From contig CAZPDS010000001.1 in assembly GCA_964585485.1 (NCBI GenBank), forward strand, positions 19,177 to 83,176: a stretch of 64,000 nucleotides of DNA, in the 5' to 3' direction. Origin of the DNA: an uncultured Bacteroidales bacterium (GTDB taxonomy: Bacteria; Bacteroidota; Bacteroidia; Bacteroidales; CAIWKO01). The position numbers were made by a program, and so were the translations under genes. Of the stretch, positions 44,698 through 54,574 are shown in pieces. Below the pieces are notes generated by a model. It saw only the letters and a program-made list of their open reading frames with translations, was not told where the DNA came from and did not search any database. Within the stretch, counting starts at the first letter, position 1; every line of letters starts with the position of its first letter.

Positions 44698-46197
44698 TCA
44701 GGGTTCTATGGTACTGCCATCCAGCGCGGTTTCTATGCCATCACTATACGAAACCGTGAGTACTTTAAGTCCATCGTACCCGAAATACTGCCAGTTTCCT
44801 TCACGCTTTCCGGCTATGTAGTTGCCCTTTTCTTTGATTTTACCATTGTCCCAATAATAGGTGTGTTCTCCATCGGGCAAACCTTCTACATACGTACCTT
44901 CAAAATACAACTGCTCATTATAATAATGACGCCAGGCGCCTTCTTTTTTACCGTTAACAAACGTTCCGCTGACCCGATCGTCGTTGATTTCAAATATCCA
45001 ATCGCCGTCTTCTTCACCCTCCAGATACTGACCCTGAACAATGATGTTCCCGCTGTCGGACCATTCTTTTAAATAACCATCCGGCAAACCGTTTTTTAAT
45101 TGCTCTTCCTTTTTCAGATTTCCGCTTTCATAGAACCACTTCCATAATCCTTCCGGCCTACCAGCCTGGTTATAAACCCCCACCTGTTCTTTGGTTCCAT
45201 CCTGATAATAGAAATCCCAGCGACCCGTACGTCTGTTGTTCACATACGAACCCTCACCCAATAATTTGCCGTTTTCGTAATACTCCTTCCAGGGTCCTTG
45301 CCGTTCGCCGTTTTCATCAATAATGCCTTCACCCACGATACGACCCGCTTTAAAGATATAGCCTTTAATCACCTCCCCCTCCTGGTTGTATTCCCGACGG
45401 GTACCTTCCGGAATATCATCCTTGTAACTGGCAATTACTTTAGGTTTCCCATTACGGTAGTAGGATTTACGAATCTCATAGCTGGCCAACTCGGGTGCAT
45501 CAAAAATTTCTACATCGTTTGCAAACTTTTTGATGTACAATAGATTTCCCTGGCTGTCATATTCCTTGTAATAACCGTTCAGCTTACCGTAGTTGTAGGT
45601 GCATTCAGTTTTCAGACTTTCATCAGGAAAAAAAGTTTTCCACACCCCGTGCTGCTTTCCGTCGCGGTATCGGTTAATGTTTTCTGTCGAAAGCAAATAC
45701 CCTTTTTTATACTCCTGAATGCTTATAACCCGCCCCTCATGATCGTATTCCCGACCGATTCCCTCTTCGCGTCCATCGACAAAGGGAAGCTTTTTCTTAA
45801 GCTGTCCATCCGAAAAAAACCACTGCTGAAACGACTGTTTTACATCATTAACAAAGGTTTCTTCAATAATTTCTCTTTTTTGATACGTTCGGCGAATACC
45901 GTTTTTTTTGCTCTCCCGATAATTAATTTCCAGCATCAACTGCCCCGAATCACCATAAAACTTCCAGGTGCTGTCGAGTAAAAAATTCTTACGGTTGCCT
46001 TCTGTTTTCAGTAAACCGTTTTCATAATAAGTTTTCCAGTATCCGTCGGGTTGTCCGTTAACCATCGTCCCTTCACTGGAAATACTGCCATTGGGATAAT
46101 GAAAAACATTGTAACCATTCGCTACAACACTATCCTGAGCCTTTGCTAAACAAAAGGTCAGCATAAAAAACAATCCCAAGGCCCAATATTTTTTCAT
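44698..46197 (-). CDS. Secreted MORN-variant (YwqK-like) repeat protein
   Basis: ORF trimmed to MKKYWALGLFFMLTFCLAKAQ. About 20 tandem ~23-aa units of the G..(D/E)G.W..YY.NG.L...G.Y type. Confidence 0.75.
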   Translation of the reverse strand: MKKYWALGLFFMLTFCLAKAQDSVVANGYNVFHYPNGSISSEGTMVNGQPDGYWKTYYENGLLKTEGNRKNFLLDSTWKFYGDSGQLMLEINYRESKKNGIRRTYQKREIIEETFVNDVKQSFQQWFFSDGQLKKKLPFVDGREEGIGREYDHEGRVISIQEYKKGYLLSTENINRYRDGKQHGVWKTFFPDESLKTECTYNYGKLNGYYKEYDSQGNLLYIKKFANDVEIFDAPELASYEIRKSYYRNGKPKVIASYKDDIPEGTRREYNQEGEVIKGYIFKAGRIVGEGIIDENGERQGPWKEYYENGKLLGEGSYVNNRRTGRWDFYYQDGTKEQVGVYNQAGRPEGLWKWFYESGNLKKEEQLKNGLPDGYLKEWSDSGNIIVQGQYLEGEEDGDWIFEINDDRVSGTFVNGKKEGAWRHYYNEQLYFEGTYVEGLPDGEHTYYWDNGKIKEKGNYIAGKREGNWQYFGYDGLKVLTVSYSDGIETALDGSTIEP

Positions 46198-46201
46198 CCC
46201 C

Positions 46202-47134
46202 TTATTTTTTGATACGTGCCGAAATTTCAAGCATCTTTACAATAGGATTTCGGGCCTGCTTCATGACCTCCGGGTCCAGCACAATTTCCGGCTTTTCATC
46301 GCGCAAACAAAGATAGAGTTTTTCAAGCGTATTCAACTTCATGTACTCGCAATCGTTGCAGGCGCAGGTTTCATCAGCCGGAACGAGGATAAATTCGTTG
46401 CCGGGGGCCAACTTTTTCATCTGATGCAAAATACCGGTTTCTGTAGCCACAATATACTGAGTACTATTATCCGAACCCACAAATTCCAGCATTTTGGCCG
46501 TCGATCCTACAAAATCAGCCATTTCCAAAATCACCGCTTTACATTCCGGATGCGCAATAACTTTGGCCTTTGGATATGCCGATTTCAATTCCATAATTTT
46601 TTCTGCTTTCAGGAGTTCATGTACCTTGCACGAACCTTTCCAAAGAAGCATATTTCGACCCGTAAGTTGATTAATGTAATGTCCCAGATTCTGATCAGGT
46701 GCGAAAATAATTTTCTGTTCTTTCGGAAATGAATTCACAATTTCCACCGCGTTTCCTGAGGTACAAACCACATCTGATAAGGTTTTTATGTCGGCCGAAC
46801 AATTAATATACGAAATCACTACATGGTCCGGGTATTGCTTTTTAAAGGCCTTGAACGCTTCGTATCCGCAGGAATCGGCAAGGGAACATCCAGCATTTAG
46901 ATCCGGTAGCAGCACTTTTTTTTCAGGATTCAAAATTTTGGCGGTTTCCGCCATAAAATGAACCCCGGCGAAAACAATCATTGAAGCTTTGGTCTCGGCG
47001 GCTTTTCGCGCAAGCCCCAGACTATCCTCCACAAAATCCGCGATGTCTTGTATTTCGGGTATTTGATAATAGTGAGCTAATAATACCGCATTCTTTTCTA
47101 TTTTTAACTTTTGAATTTTTTCCTGTAACGTCAT
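46202..47134 (-). CDS. nadA: Quinolinate synthase
   Basis: 310 aa. NadA sequence throughout (LLAHYYQIPEIQDIADFVGDS-type N-terminus, VFAGVHFMAETAKIL, cluster-ligand cysteines). Confidence 0.95.
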   Translation of the reverse strand: MTLQEKIQKLKIEKNAVLLAHYYQIPEIQDIADFVEDSLGLARKAAETKASMIVFAGVHFMAETAKILNPEKKVLLPDLNAGCSLADSCGYEAFKAFKKQYPDHVVISYINCSADIKTLSDVVCTSGNAVEIVNSFPKEQKIIFAPDQNLGHYINQLTGRNMLLWKGSCKVHELLKAEKIMELKSAYPKAKVIAHPECKAVILEMADFVGSTAKMLEFVGSDNSTQYIVATETGILHQMKKLAPGNEFILVPADETCACNDCEYMKLNTLEKLYLCLRDEKPEIVLDPEVMKQARNPIVKMLEISARIKK

Positions 47135-47389
47135 TTTCTCCCCCCTAGGCGCTTTTGTGTTTTTTTATGGTTTTATTTTTAAATATAATCATCAACATCA
47201 TCATGCTGTTGAAAGCGTGCAAAACAATTCCGGCGCTTGCTTTGAAATGCCAGTTTTCACATGTTATGAACAAGCTATTAACAAAAAAGCCGTTGTTTTA
47301 TTTTGTAAATGAATCAGTAAACAAAATTACATTAAATCGCACAATTTTATACCGTGGATAACTTGACTCACTTTTGAACCCTTGTAAAT

Positions 47390-47434
47390 GTTGAAAACGG
47401 GCTGAAAGAAGGTGAAAAATTCAGCCTTTTCAAC
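47390..47434. repeat. Extended imperfect inverted repeat (15-bp stem, 2-nt bulge, 13-nt loop) in the nadA/rpiB divergent intergenic region
   Basis: GTTGAAAA-CG-GGCTGAA [AGAAGGTGAAAAA] TTCAGCC-TTTTCAAC, read directly. Function unknown. Confidence 0.5.
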
Positions 47435-47643
47435 CACCTTGATCACACAAGCACGAAAAGGACCCTTTTCTGAGAACTTATGAGAGGCTGCGAAGGCTTA
47501 TTAACAATGCCGCTGTTTATAACTAAGCGTATTGATATTATGCAGTTTATCTCGTTCGTGCGAGAAACAGAATGTTTTAAAGTGTTTAATTCTAAATTCA
47601 TTGCTAACTTTGAACATTCATTCTATTTTATAATTTATTAACA

Positions 47644-48093
47644 ATGCTTGAAGATTTATTAGAAATTGCTATAGGATGCGATCATGCTGGTTTCGCGTTA
47701 AAGACCAGGTTGATGAAGAAATTGCAGGAAATGGGATATTCGTTCCGGGATTATGGGACAAAATCGGAAGAGAGTGTTGATTATCCCGACATTATTCACC
47801 CGCTGGCGGGCGATATCAACGAGGGTAAAATACTTCGTGGGATTATTATTTGTGGAAGCGGAAACGGGGTTGCAATAACAGCCAATAAATACCGCAATGT
47901 GCGGGCGGCCTTGTGCTGGACCCCGGATATTGCACGCTTTGCACGCCTGCACAACAATGCGAATATTTGTTCGCTGCCGGCCCGTTTTATTAATGAAAGC
48001 ACGGCTGTTGAGATTGCACGCGTGTTTTTATCCACGGCTTTTGAAAACGGACGACACGGTCGCCGGGTGGAAAAAATCCCCCCCAAACAATAG
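47644..48093 (+). CDS. rpiB: Ribose-5-phosphate isomerase B
   Basis: 149 aa. RpiB/LacAB motifs IGCDHAGF, IICGSGNGVAITANK, RLHNNANI. Confidence 0.92.
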   Translation: MLEDLLEIAIGCDHAGFALKTRLMKKLQEMGYSFRDYGTKSEESVDYPDIIHPLAGDINEGKILRGIIICGSGNGVAITANKYRNVRAALCWTPDIARFARLHNNANICSLPARFINESTAVEIARVFLSTAFENGRHGRRVEKIPPKQ

Positions 48094-48097
48094 TGGC

Positions 48098-49483
48098 ATG
48101 AACCTTCAGAAAAAAGCTTTTGAATTGGCCGTTGCGGCAAAAGTGTTTGATCCCCAACACCGGGCAACCATTCGCTTCAACATTGGGCGTTACGATGCGG
48201 CCGTGCAGCGCGGAAAAACCCAGTTTCGTAATCTGGAGCTGGCCCGGATGCGGGCGTCCAATCTCAAGTATAAGGTCCTTAATGATGTTGAAAACTACCT
48301 GAAGGATTTTGAGATGAACTTTACCGCCCGGGGGGGGAAAATTATCTGGGCGCAGGATGCACGGGAGGCCATGGATGAGATCATCCGCTTGTTGCAAAAA
48401 CACAATGTGCAACGCCTGGTGAAATCCAAGTCGATGATCACCGAAGAATTGGAATTCAACGAAGAAGTCAGCCATCATTCGATCGAATCGCTGGAAACGG
48501 ATCTCGGAGAATACATTGTCCAATTGGCGGGCGAGAAGCCCTATCATATTATTACGCCGGCCATGCACAAATCGAAGGAGGATATTGCCCGTCTCTTTCA
48601 TGAAAAGTTCAGCCTGGCCGCCGACAGTAGCCCGGAACAAATTACGGCCTTCGTTCGTAAGTTGCTGCGCGAGAAATTTGTTCATGCCGACTGCGGCGTT
48701 ACCGGGGCGAATTTTTTAGTGGCGGACGTAGGCGCCATTGGATTGACCGAAAATGAGGGCAATGGCTTGATGTCGATGGCCTTTCCAAAATTGCATATTG
48801 CCATTGCTGGTTATGATAAGCTGATTCCTTCCATGAAGGACCTGCAGTTATTTTGGCCCCTGTTGGCCACTCACGGTACCGGGCAGTTTATTACCGTCTA
48901 TAATACCCTGGTCTTTGGTCCACGCCAGGAGGGTGAACCCGATGGCCCCGAAGAAATGGTCCTGGTGCTGGTGGATAACGGCCGTTCGGAATTGCTGGCC
49001 CGTGAAAAACAACGCGTGGCCATGACCTGTATCCGATGCGGCGCTTGTCTTAACGCTTGTCCGGTGTACCGCAATATTGGCGGTCACGCCTATGGCACCA
49101 CCTACAGCGGTCCCATCGGATCCGTGATCACACCCCACCTGCGAGGCATGGCGGCCTTCAATCACCTTAGTTTTGCCTCCTCCCTGTGCGGGAAATGTAC
49201 GGAGGTTTGCCCAATGCACATTGATCTCCATAAACTCTTGCTGTACAACCGCCGCGATACCGTGAATGAACACCATACCGGACGTATGGATCGCCTGGTT
49301 ATGTTTGCGTGGAAGACCATTATGCTGAAACGTTGGATGATTGATAAAACCAGCAGCAAAATGAAGAACACGGCCATCGGACTGGTCTTTAAAAAACCCT
49401 GGGGCCCCCGCCGTGAAATTCCGCGCTTCGCCGAAAAATCATTTACCACGCAATGGAAAGAAATGAAAGGTTTGCTGAAATAG
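48098..49483 (+). CDS. lutB: LutB/LldF-family iron-sulfur protein (lactate-utilisation protein B-like)
   Basis: ORF 47897..49483 trimmed to MNLQKKAFELA (ATG 48098, 4 nt after the rpiB stop). Ferredoxin-type clusters CIRCGACLNACPVYRNIGGHAYG and CGKCTEVCPM. LUD-type middle region. Confidence 0.85.
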   Translation: MNLQKKAFELAVAAKVFDPQHRATIRFNIGRYDAAVQRGKTQFRNLELARMRASNLKYKVLNDVENYLKDFEMNFTARGGKIIWAQDAREAMDEIIRLLQKHNVQRLVKSKSMITEELEFNEEVSHHSIESLETDLGEYIVQLAGEKPYHIITPAMHKSKEDIARLFHEKFSLAADSSPEQITAFVRKLLREKFVHADCGVTGANFLVADVGAIGLTENEGNGLMSMAFPKLHIAIAGYDKLIPSMKDLQLFWPLLATHGTGQFITVYNTLVFGPRQEGEPDGPEEMVLVLVDNGRSELLAREKQRVAMTCIRCGACLNACPVYRNIGGHAYGTTYSGPIGSVITPHLRGMAAFNHLSFASSLCGKCTEVCPMHIDLHKLLLYNRRDTVNEHHTGRMDRLVMFAWKTIMLKRWMIDKTSSKMKNTAIGLVFKKPWGPRREIPRFAEKSFTTQWKEMKGLLK

Positions 49484-49542
49484 CACCGCTTCAGTAACAA
49501 CGCCCGCCCGTCGGGCCTTCCTGCTCGTTTGAAACCAACCGC

Positions 49543-50055
49543 ATGGCGCCCAAACAAAAATTTATACTCGATCTTGGCCTTAGCGACGATTTTTCGTTGC
49601 TGGGGATTGCTTGCCATACGCGCGATTACCGCTTTTGCTGGATGCTGAATCAGCAACTGGGTCTTAAGCTTCGGAAGATCCGGGATTTTTTTCCGCTGGA
49701 CCAACACACGGGTCACGACGATGGCTTTGCCTGCTTTTATGCCGAATATTCCGTTTTGGATGAGCAATATTATTTATTGAGCAACCGTAGCAACGGGAAA
49801 AACCTGGTAGATAAATACGGCACGGTCGATTATTTTCTGTTTGTTCGTGATCTGGCTATTTCGGGGGGCTTGCAGGCGCTGATCGCCGGGCTTAAAAAAA
49901 TCCCCCAGGTACTGATGGCTTTTCCGATAGAACTGGACGATTTCCGCGATGCAGAGTTTATCCTCGAGGGCATGGAAATGACGCGCCAAATCCATGAAAA
50001 GGAATCACGACTGAATTTTTTAAATTGCACAAATCTTACGTTGAATGAAGACTAA
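49543..50055 (+). CDS. IPExxxVDY-family-like protein (Bacteroidota-specific, unknown function)
   Basis: 170 aa. FSLLGIACHTRDYRFCWMLNQQLGLKLRK and NLVDKYGTVDYFLFV parallel the conserved blocks of this family as I recall them, with the IPE triplet degenerate here. 11-nt overlap with the pyk start. Confidence 0.55.
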   Translation: MAPKQKFILDLGLSDDFSLLGIACHTRDYRFCWMLNQQLGLKLRKIRDFFPLDQHTGHDDGFACFYAEYSVLDEQYYLLSNRSNGKNLVDKYGTVDYFLFVRDLAISGGLQALIAGLKKIPQVLMAFPIELDDFRDAEFILEGMEMTRQIHEKESRLNFLNCTNLTLNED

Positions 50056-51466
50056 AATCATTGCAACCCTGGGTCCAGCCTGCAATACTACCCAGGTGCT
50101 CGAAAATATGATCCGCGCCGGCGTTGATGTATGCCGGCTGAATTTTTCGCACGGCAGCCATGAGGATCATTTGCAGAATATTCGCAACATCGAAGAATTG
50201 AACGCCCGATTCGCCTGGAATACAGCCATACTCGCCGATCTGCAGGGTCCCAAGATCCGAACCGGCGAAATGAAGGACGGTGGCGCGGACGTAGCCACGG
50301 GCGACGAGATTATTTTTACGACCCGAAAGTGTGTGGGCGACCGTAAGCGCATTTATATTTCCTATCCCGAATTTCCTCAGGATGTGGCCAAGGGCGAATT
50401 AGTACTGGTGGATGACGGGAAAATTCATCTGCGCGTGATGGCTACCGTCAACAAGGAGGAGGTTCGAATGAAAGTCCTTCACGGTGGCATCATTAAGTCC
50501 AATAAAGGGGTTAACCTGCCCGATACCCGGGTTTCCCTGCCGGGCCTGACGGCCAAAGACCGTAAAGACCTGGCCTTTATCCTGCGCCAAAACGTGCAGT
50601 GGGTAGCCCTGTCTTTTGTGCGTTCCGCCGAAGATATACTGGAATTAAAGCATCTTATCGCCAAAGCAAAGAAAACGAACCGGCCGCGCATAATAGCGAA
50701 AATTGAAAAGCCGGAAGCCATTGCGGATCTCAAGCGTATTATTGAAGAGGCGGATGGAATAATGGTCGCCCGGGGCGACCTCGGGGTGGAAATCCCGATG
50801 CAGGAAGTTCCGCTGCTCCAGAAAAAAATCGTAAAAGAGTGCATACGCGCCGGGAAACCGGTTATTATTGCCACGCAAATGCTCGAAAGCATGATTACCT
50901 CGGTAACACCTACACGGGCGGAAGTGAGTGACGTGGCCAATTCTGTTATGGATGGCGCCGATGCCTGCATGTTGAGCGGCGAAACCTCCGTGGGTGCCTT
51001 TCCCGTGGGTGCTGTCGAAACCATGAATCGCATCATGACTCAGGTAGAGAATTTTCAGGATATCTATTATAAACATGTTGTTCCTGAAAACCCCGATTGT
51101 GAACGGTATGTTACAGATTCAATTATTTATAATGCCTGTAACCTGGCGCAACAAACCAGGGCCCGGGCCATCGTTGCGATGACCTACACCGGGTATTCGG
51201 CCTTCCGCCTGGCCGCGCAGCGCCCCTGTGCGGACGTATACATATTCACAAATAACCGCTCAATCCTGAATATGCTGAATTTGGTCTGGGGAATACGGGG
51301 CTTTTATTATGATAAATTTATTTCAACCGATCACACGATTGATGACATTAAACTTCGGTTGAAAAAAGAAAAGTTGGTGAAAACGGGCGATTTGGTAGTG
51401 AACATCGCCAGTACGCCCATCGGTGAACGTGGAAAAACCAATACCCTTAAACTTTCAAAAGTATAA
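50045..51466 (+). CDS. pyk: Pyruvate kinase
   Basis: 473 aa. KIIATLGPA, RLNFSHG, IIAKIEKPEA, MVARGDLGVEIP, MLSGETS. Confidence 0.95.
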   Translation: MKTKIIATLGPACNTTQVLENMIRAGVDVCRLNFSHGSHEDHLQNIRNIEELNARFAWNTAILADLQGPKIRTGEMKDGGADVATGDEIIFTTRKCVGDRKRIYISYPEFPQDVAKGELVLVDDGKIHLRVMATVNKEEVRMKVLHGGIIKSNKGVNLPDTRVSLPGLTAKDRKDLAFILRQNVQWVALSFVRSAEDILELKHLIAKAKKTNRPRIIAKIEKPEAIADLKRIIEEADGIMVARGDLGVEIPMQEVPLLQKKIVKECIRAGKPVIIATQMLESMITSVTPTRAEVSDVANSVMDGADACMLSGETSVGAFPVGAVETMNRIMTQVENFQDIYYKHVVPENPDCERYVTDSIIYNACNLAQQTRARAIVAMTYTGYSAFRLAAQRPCADVYIFTNNRSILNMLNLVWGIRGFYYDKFISTDHTIDDIKLRLKKEKLVKTGDLVVNIASTPIGERGKTNTLKLSKV

Positions 51467-51478
51467 GCCCGAATGTTC

Positions 51479-51514
51479 AAAAAAAAAGCCTTCCCGAAAG
51501 AAGGCTTTTTTTTT
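51479..51514. terminator. Bidirectional intrinsic terminator between convergent pyk and korB
   Basis: A9-GCCTTC-CCGAAA-GAAGGC-T9. Perfect stem flanked by an A-run and a T-run. Confidence 0.8.
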
Positions 51515-51524
51515 GTGGCAGGAA

Positions 51525-52562
51525 TTATTTGACCTCCCAGGTATCGCCGCTGTTAAGCAGATCATCCACGGATTTAATGGGTGAGCTGGCTTTGGCGGTT
51601 TTGATTTGTTCTTCCACCAGGTCGTCGTAGGTTGGAAACATTGCGGAACGGATAACGCCGAGTGCAATCGGGAAATAGGGCGGCTGCATCTTGGCCAGCA
51701 TCAGGTGAATGCCGGGGTCTTGTGCATATTGGTCGTGCACGAGCAGGTTGTGTTCGTTCACTCCGTTTTCACCGATTTTCACGACTTCCAGTCCGGTCTG
51801 TGTTAGACGAATGCCTTTATCTTTGTTTTTGCCAAAGATCATAGGCTCTCCGTTTTTCAGAATCAGCTGATGATCTTCCCGGATATCCTTGGACGTTACC
51901 TGCTGATGGGTTCCGTCGGCGAAAATCACGCAGTTCTGCAGAATTTCAACCACCGAAGTGCCATCGTGACGGGCGGCTTCAAACATAATTTCAGTCATCA
52001 ACTTAGGATTGGTATCCACGCCGCGGGCAAAAAAGGTTCCCTGGGCACCCATAACCAGTTCGCCGGGGTTGAACGGATGTTCAATGGTTCCCTGCGGTGA
52101 GGTTTTGGTGATGCTGCCCATCGGGGTTGTGGGTGAATACTGACCTTTGGTGAGGCCGTAGATCTGGTTGTTGAAAAGAATAATGTTGAGGTCGACATTA
52201 CGGCGGATGATATGGATAAAGTGATTTCCGCCGATGGCCATTGAATCACCATCGCCGGTTGCTACCCATACGCTCAGGTGCGGATTGGCGATCTTTACAC
52301 CCGTGGCAATGGCATTAGCGCGGCCGTGAATGCCATGAATCCCGTAAGTATTCATGTAATACGGGAAGCGGGAGGAACAGCCAATGCCGGAGATGACGCA
52401 GAAATTCTCTTTGCGATAGCCGATTTTCGGAAATACATTAGCGATCGAAGAAAGAATTGCATGGTCGCCACAACCGGGACACCATTTTACCATCTGGTCG
52501 CTTACAAAATCTTCCTTGCTTAAAGGGGTCCTGGAACGTTCTACAGTTAAGTTTTCTTCCAT
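51525..52562 (-). CDS. korB: 2-oxoglutarate/2-oxoacid:ferredoxin oxidoreductase beta subunit
   Basis: 345 aa. WCPGCGDHAIL and the TPP-binding GDGD..AIGGNH motif. Confidence 0.9.
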   Translation of the reverse strand: MEENLTVERSRTPLSKEDFVSDQMVKWCPGCGDHAILSSIANVFPKIGYRKENFCVISGIGCSSRFPYYMNTYGIHGIHGRANAIATGVKIANPHLSVWVATGDGDSMAIGGNHFIHIIRRNVDLNIILFNNQIYGLTKGQYSPTTPMGSITKTSPQGTIEHPFNPGELVMGAQGTFFARGVDTNPKLMTEIMFEAARHDGTSVVEILQNCVIFADGTHQQVTSKDIREDHQLILKNGEPMIFGKNKDKGIRLTQTGLEVVKIGENGVNEHNLLVHDQYAQDPGIHLMLAKMQPPYFPIALGVIRSAMFPTYDDLVEEQIKTAKASSPIKSVDDLLNSGDTWEVK

Positions 52563-52565
52563 GGT

Positions 52566-54410
52566 TTAGTCCTCCTTGAGATTTTTGGTGATGGCATCGG
52601 TTAATTCGCTTACAACAAACGGTAAGCCTTGTACTTTATTAAACTGGTGGTATGTGAACTGTGGGTGTGTCATACGAAGGTACTGTACAAACTGTCCGCT
52701 ATTCAATTCACAAACGAGGATTTTCTTGAAGTTCTTGAAAATCTTATCGGTGTTTTTCGGAAGGGGCATAATATGGTTGAAATGGGCCAGGCTCACTTTA
52801 TATCCTTGTTTCTGCATTTCGAGAACAGCGGAGGTTGTGGTACCCTGCGTGCCACCCCAGCTCACCACGAGGAGATCGCCCTTGGCGGCACCCAGTACGG
52901 TTTGCTCAGGAATTTCATTCGCCACGTTCATGACTTTCTGATAACGCAGATCCGTCATAATTTGGTGGTTCATTGGGTCGGTAGAAACATTGCCCACGAT
53001 GTTTTCTTTTTCCAGGCCACCCAGGCGGTGACGCAAGCCTTCGGTGCCGGGGAGAGCCCAACGGCGCACCAAACGCTCATCGCGACGGTAAGGCTTGAAA
53101 TCGGCTTCGTTGGGTTCTGCTATCGGAGGCGTGATGGACGGGAGCTCGGCGACTTTCGGAATTCTGAAAAGCTCAGAGCCATTGCCCAGATAGCCATCGG
53201 TAAGCAGGATGACGGGGGTCATGTGCTCCATTGCCAGCTTGGCGGCCTCATAGGCGTAGTAAAAGCAATTTGAAGGCGTTGAGGCAGCAATAACGATGCA
53301 AGGACATTCGCCGTTGCGGCCAAATAAGGCCTGCAGCAGGTCCGACTGCTCCGATTTGGTGGGAAGCCCGGTGGAAGGACCACCGCGCTGAACGTCCACA
53401 ATCACCAGCGGAAGTTCAGTCATTACAGCCAGCCCGATGGCTTCACTCTTCAGCGATAGGCCAGGTCCGGAGGTGGTGGTTAGGGCCATAGAACCCGTAT
53501 AAGCCGCACCAATAGCGGAACAGATACCGGCAATTTCATCTTCGGCTTGCATTACTTTTGCACCCAGCGATTTGTGCTTGGCCAGTTCCATCAGGATTTC
53601 AGTAGCCGGTGTGATAGGATAGGATCCTAGAAACAAGGGGCGTCCGGAACGTTCCGACGCGGCCAAAAATCCCCAGGCCGTGGCCGTGTTTCCAGTGATG
53701 TTGCGGTATCTGCCTTTTTCCAGCTTGGCGTGTTCCGTATGATACGACGAAGCAATGGCTTCGGTATTTTCGGCCCAGAGGTAGCCAGCTTTTATCACCA
53801 GCTTATTGGCTTCAATGAGTTCTGGTTTCTTCTTAAATTTCTTTTCGAAAAACGAGAAGGTGTGTTCCATGCTCCATCCGAACAGGTAGAAAATAATACC
53901 CAGGGGAAACATGTTTCGGCTACGATCGGCTGCCTTGTTGTCCATGCCCATAGCCTTTAACGCTTCACGCGTCATGGAGGTGATGGGCGTCCGCATAATA
54001 TTGTAGCCCGTTAGACTGCCATCTTCCAGGGGATTGCTTTTGTAACCGGCTTTTTCAAGCGATTTTTCATCAAAAGTATCGGCATCCGTGATAATGGTGG
54101 CGCCTTTCTTGGCCCATTTCAGGTTGGACTTTAGGGAGGCCGGATTCATGATCACCAGCACATCACATAAATCGCCCGATGAATAGACTTTCTTCCCCAC
54201 ATGTACCTGAAAACCGGATACACCGGCTACGGTATTGTGAGGAGCCCTGATTTCCGCCGGGTAATCAGGAAACGTTGCCAGATCAGCTCCTTCCAGAGCT
54301 GCAGTGTCAGAAAAGAGGGTTCCGATCAGCTGCATTCCGTCGCCGGAGTCCCCGACAAACTTTACAACCACGTTTTCCACTTCAGGCACTGTATTTTTTT
54401 CTTTTGCCAT
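52566..54410 (-). CDS. korA: 2-oxoglutarate/2-oxoacid:ferredoxin oxidoreductase alpha subunit
   Basis: 614 aa. GDSGDGMQL N-terminus, YPITPATEI, TTSGPGLSL. Lies 3 nt upstream of korB. Confidence 0.9.
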   Translation of the reverse strand: MAKEKNTVPEVENVVVKFVGDSGDGMQLIGTLFSDTAALEGADLATFPDYPAEIRAPHNTVAGVSGFQVHVGKKVYSSGDLCDVLVIMNPASLKSNLKWAKKGATIITDADTFDEKSLEKAGYKSNPLEDGSLTGYNIMRTPITSMTREALKAMGMDNKAADRSRNMFPLGIIFYLFGWSMEHTFSFFEKKFKKKPELIEANKLVIKAGYLWAENTEAIASSYHTEHAKLEKGRYRNITGNTATAWGFLAASERSGRPLFLGSYPITPATEILMELAKHKSLGAKVMQAEDEIAGICSAIGAAYTGSMALTTTSGPGLSLKSEAIGLAVMTELPLVIVDVQRGGPSTGLPTKSEQSDLLQALFGRNGECPCIVIAASTPSNCFYYAYEAAKLAMEHMTPVILLTDGYLGNGSELFRIPKVAELPSITPPIAEPNEADFKPYRRDERLVRRWALPGTEGLRHRLGGLEKENIVGNVSTDPMNHQIMTDLRYQKVMNVANEIPEQTVLGAAKGDLLVVSWGGTQGTTTSAVLEMQKQGYKVSLAHFNHIMPLPKNTDKIFKNFKKILVCELNSGQFVQYLRMTHPQFTYHQFNKVQGLPFVVSELTDAITKNLKED

Positions 54411-54527
54411 ACAGGATTAGTTTGGTTAAACTGCCGGCAAAATTACTCGATTTTATTCATACCCCCGAGGAATTCTCGGTTTTTTTGTTACAACGCTAAC
54501 AATAGTTTTTAAAGGAGGCTTGGCGCG

Positions 54528-54555
54528 AAAAAAAAAGGGCCGGTTTGGCCGGCCC
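54528..54555 (-). terminator. Intrinsic terminator after the SusD-like gene
   Basis: The minus strand reads GGGCCGG-CCAAA-CCGGCCC followed by a T9 run. Lies 20 nt downstream of the SusD-like stop, so susCD and korAB are separate units. Confidence 0.8.
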
Positions 54556-54574
54556 TTTCACTAAGTGCATCATC

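Noticed and set aside
47155-47361. 68-aa ORF in the nadA/rpiB intergenic region
   Set aside because: The Ile/Leu/Asn/Phe-rich translation is typical of AT-rich non-coding DNA. There is no sensible start context.
47353-47361. Possible oriC: a near-consensus DnaA box CGTGGATAA in the large AT-rich gap, with mnmG/gidA in the window
   Set aside because: There is only one 8/9 match. The other candidates (for example TGTTTATAA) have two or more mismatches. No cluster of boxes, no dnaA/dnaN nearby, and the gap is 30 kb from mnmG.
47897-48097. N-terminal 67-codon extension of the LutB-like ORF overlapping rpiB
   Set aside because: The extension lies out of frame inside rpiB and is Cys/Arg/Pro-rich. 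The ATG at 48098, 4 nt after the rpiB stop, gives a normal LutB N-terminus.
54465-54486. + strand terminator-like hairpin CCGAG-GAATT-CTCGG-T7 upstream of korA
   Set aside because: No + strand gene ends nearby, because korA is antisense here. It may block antisense transcription, but I cannot support a function, and the stem is only 5 bp.
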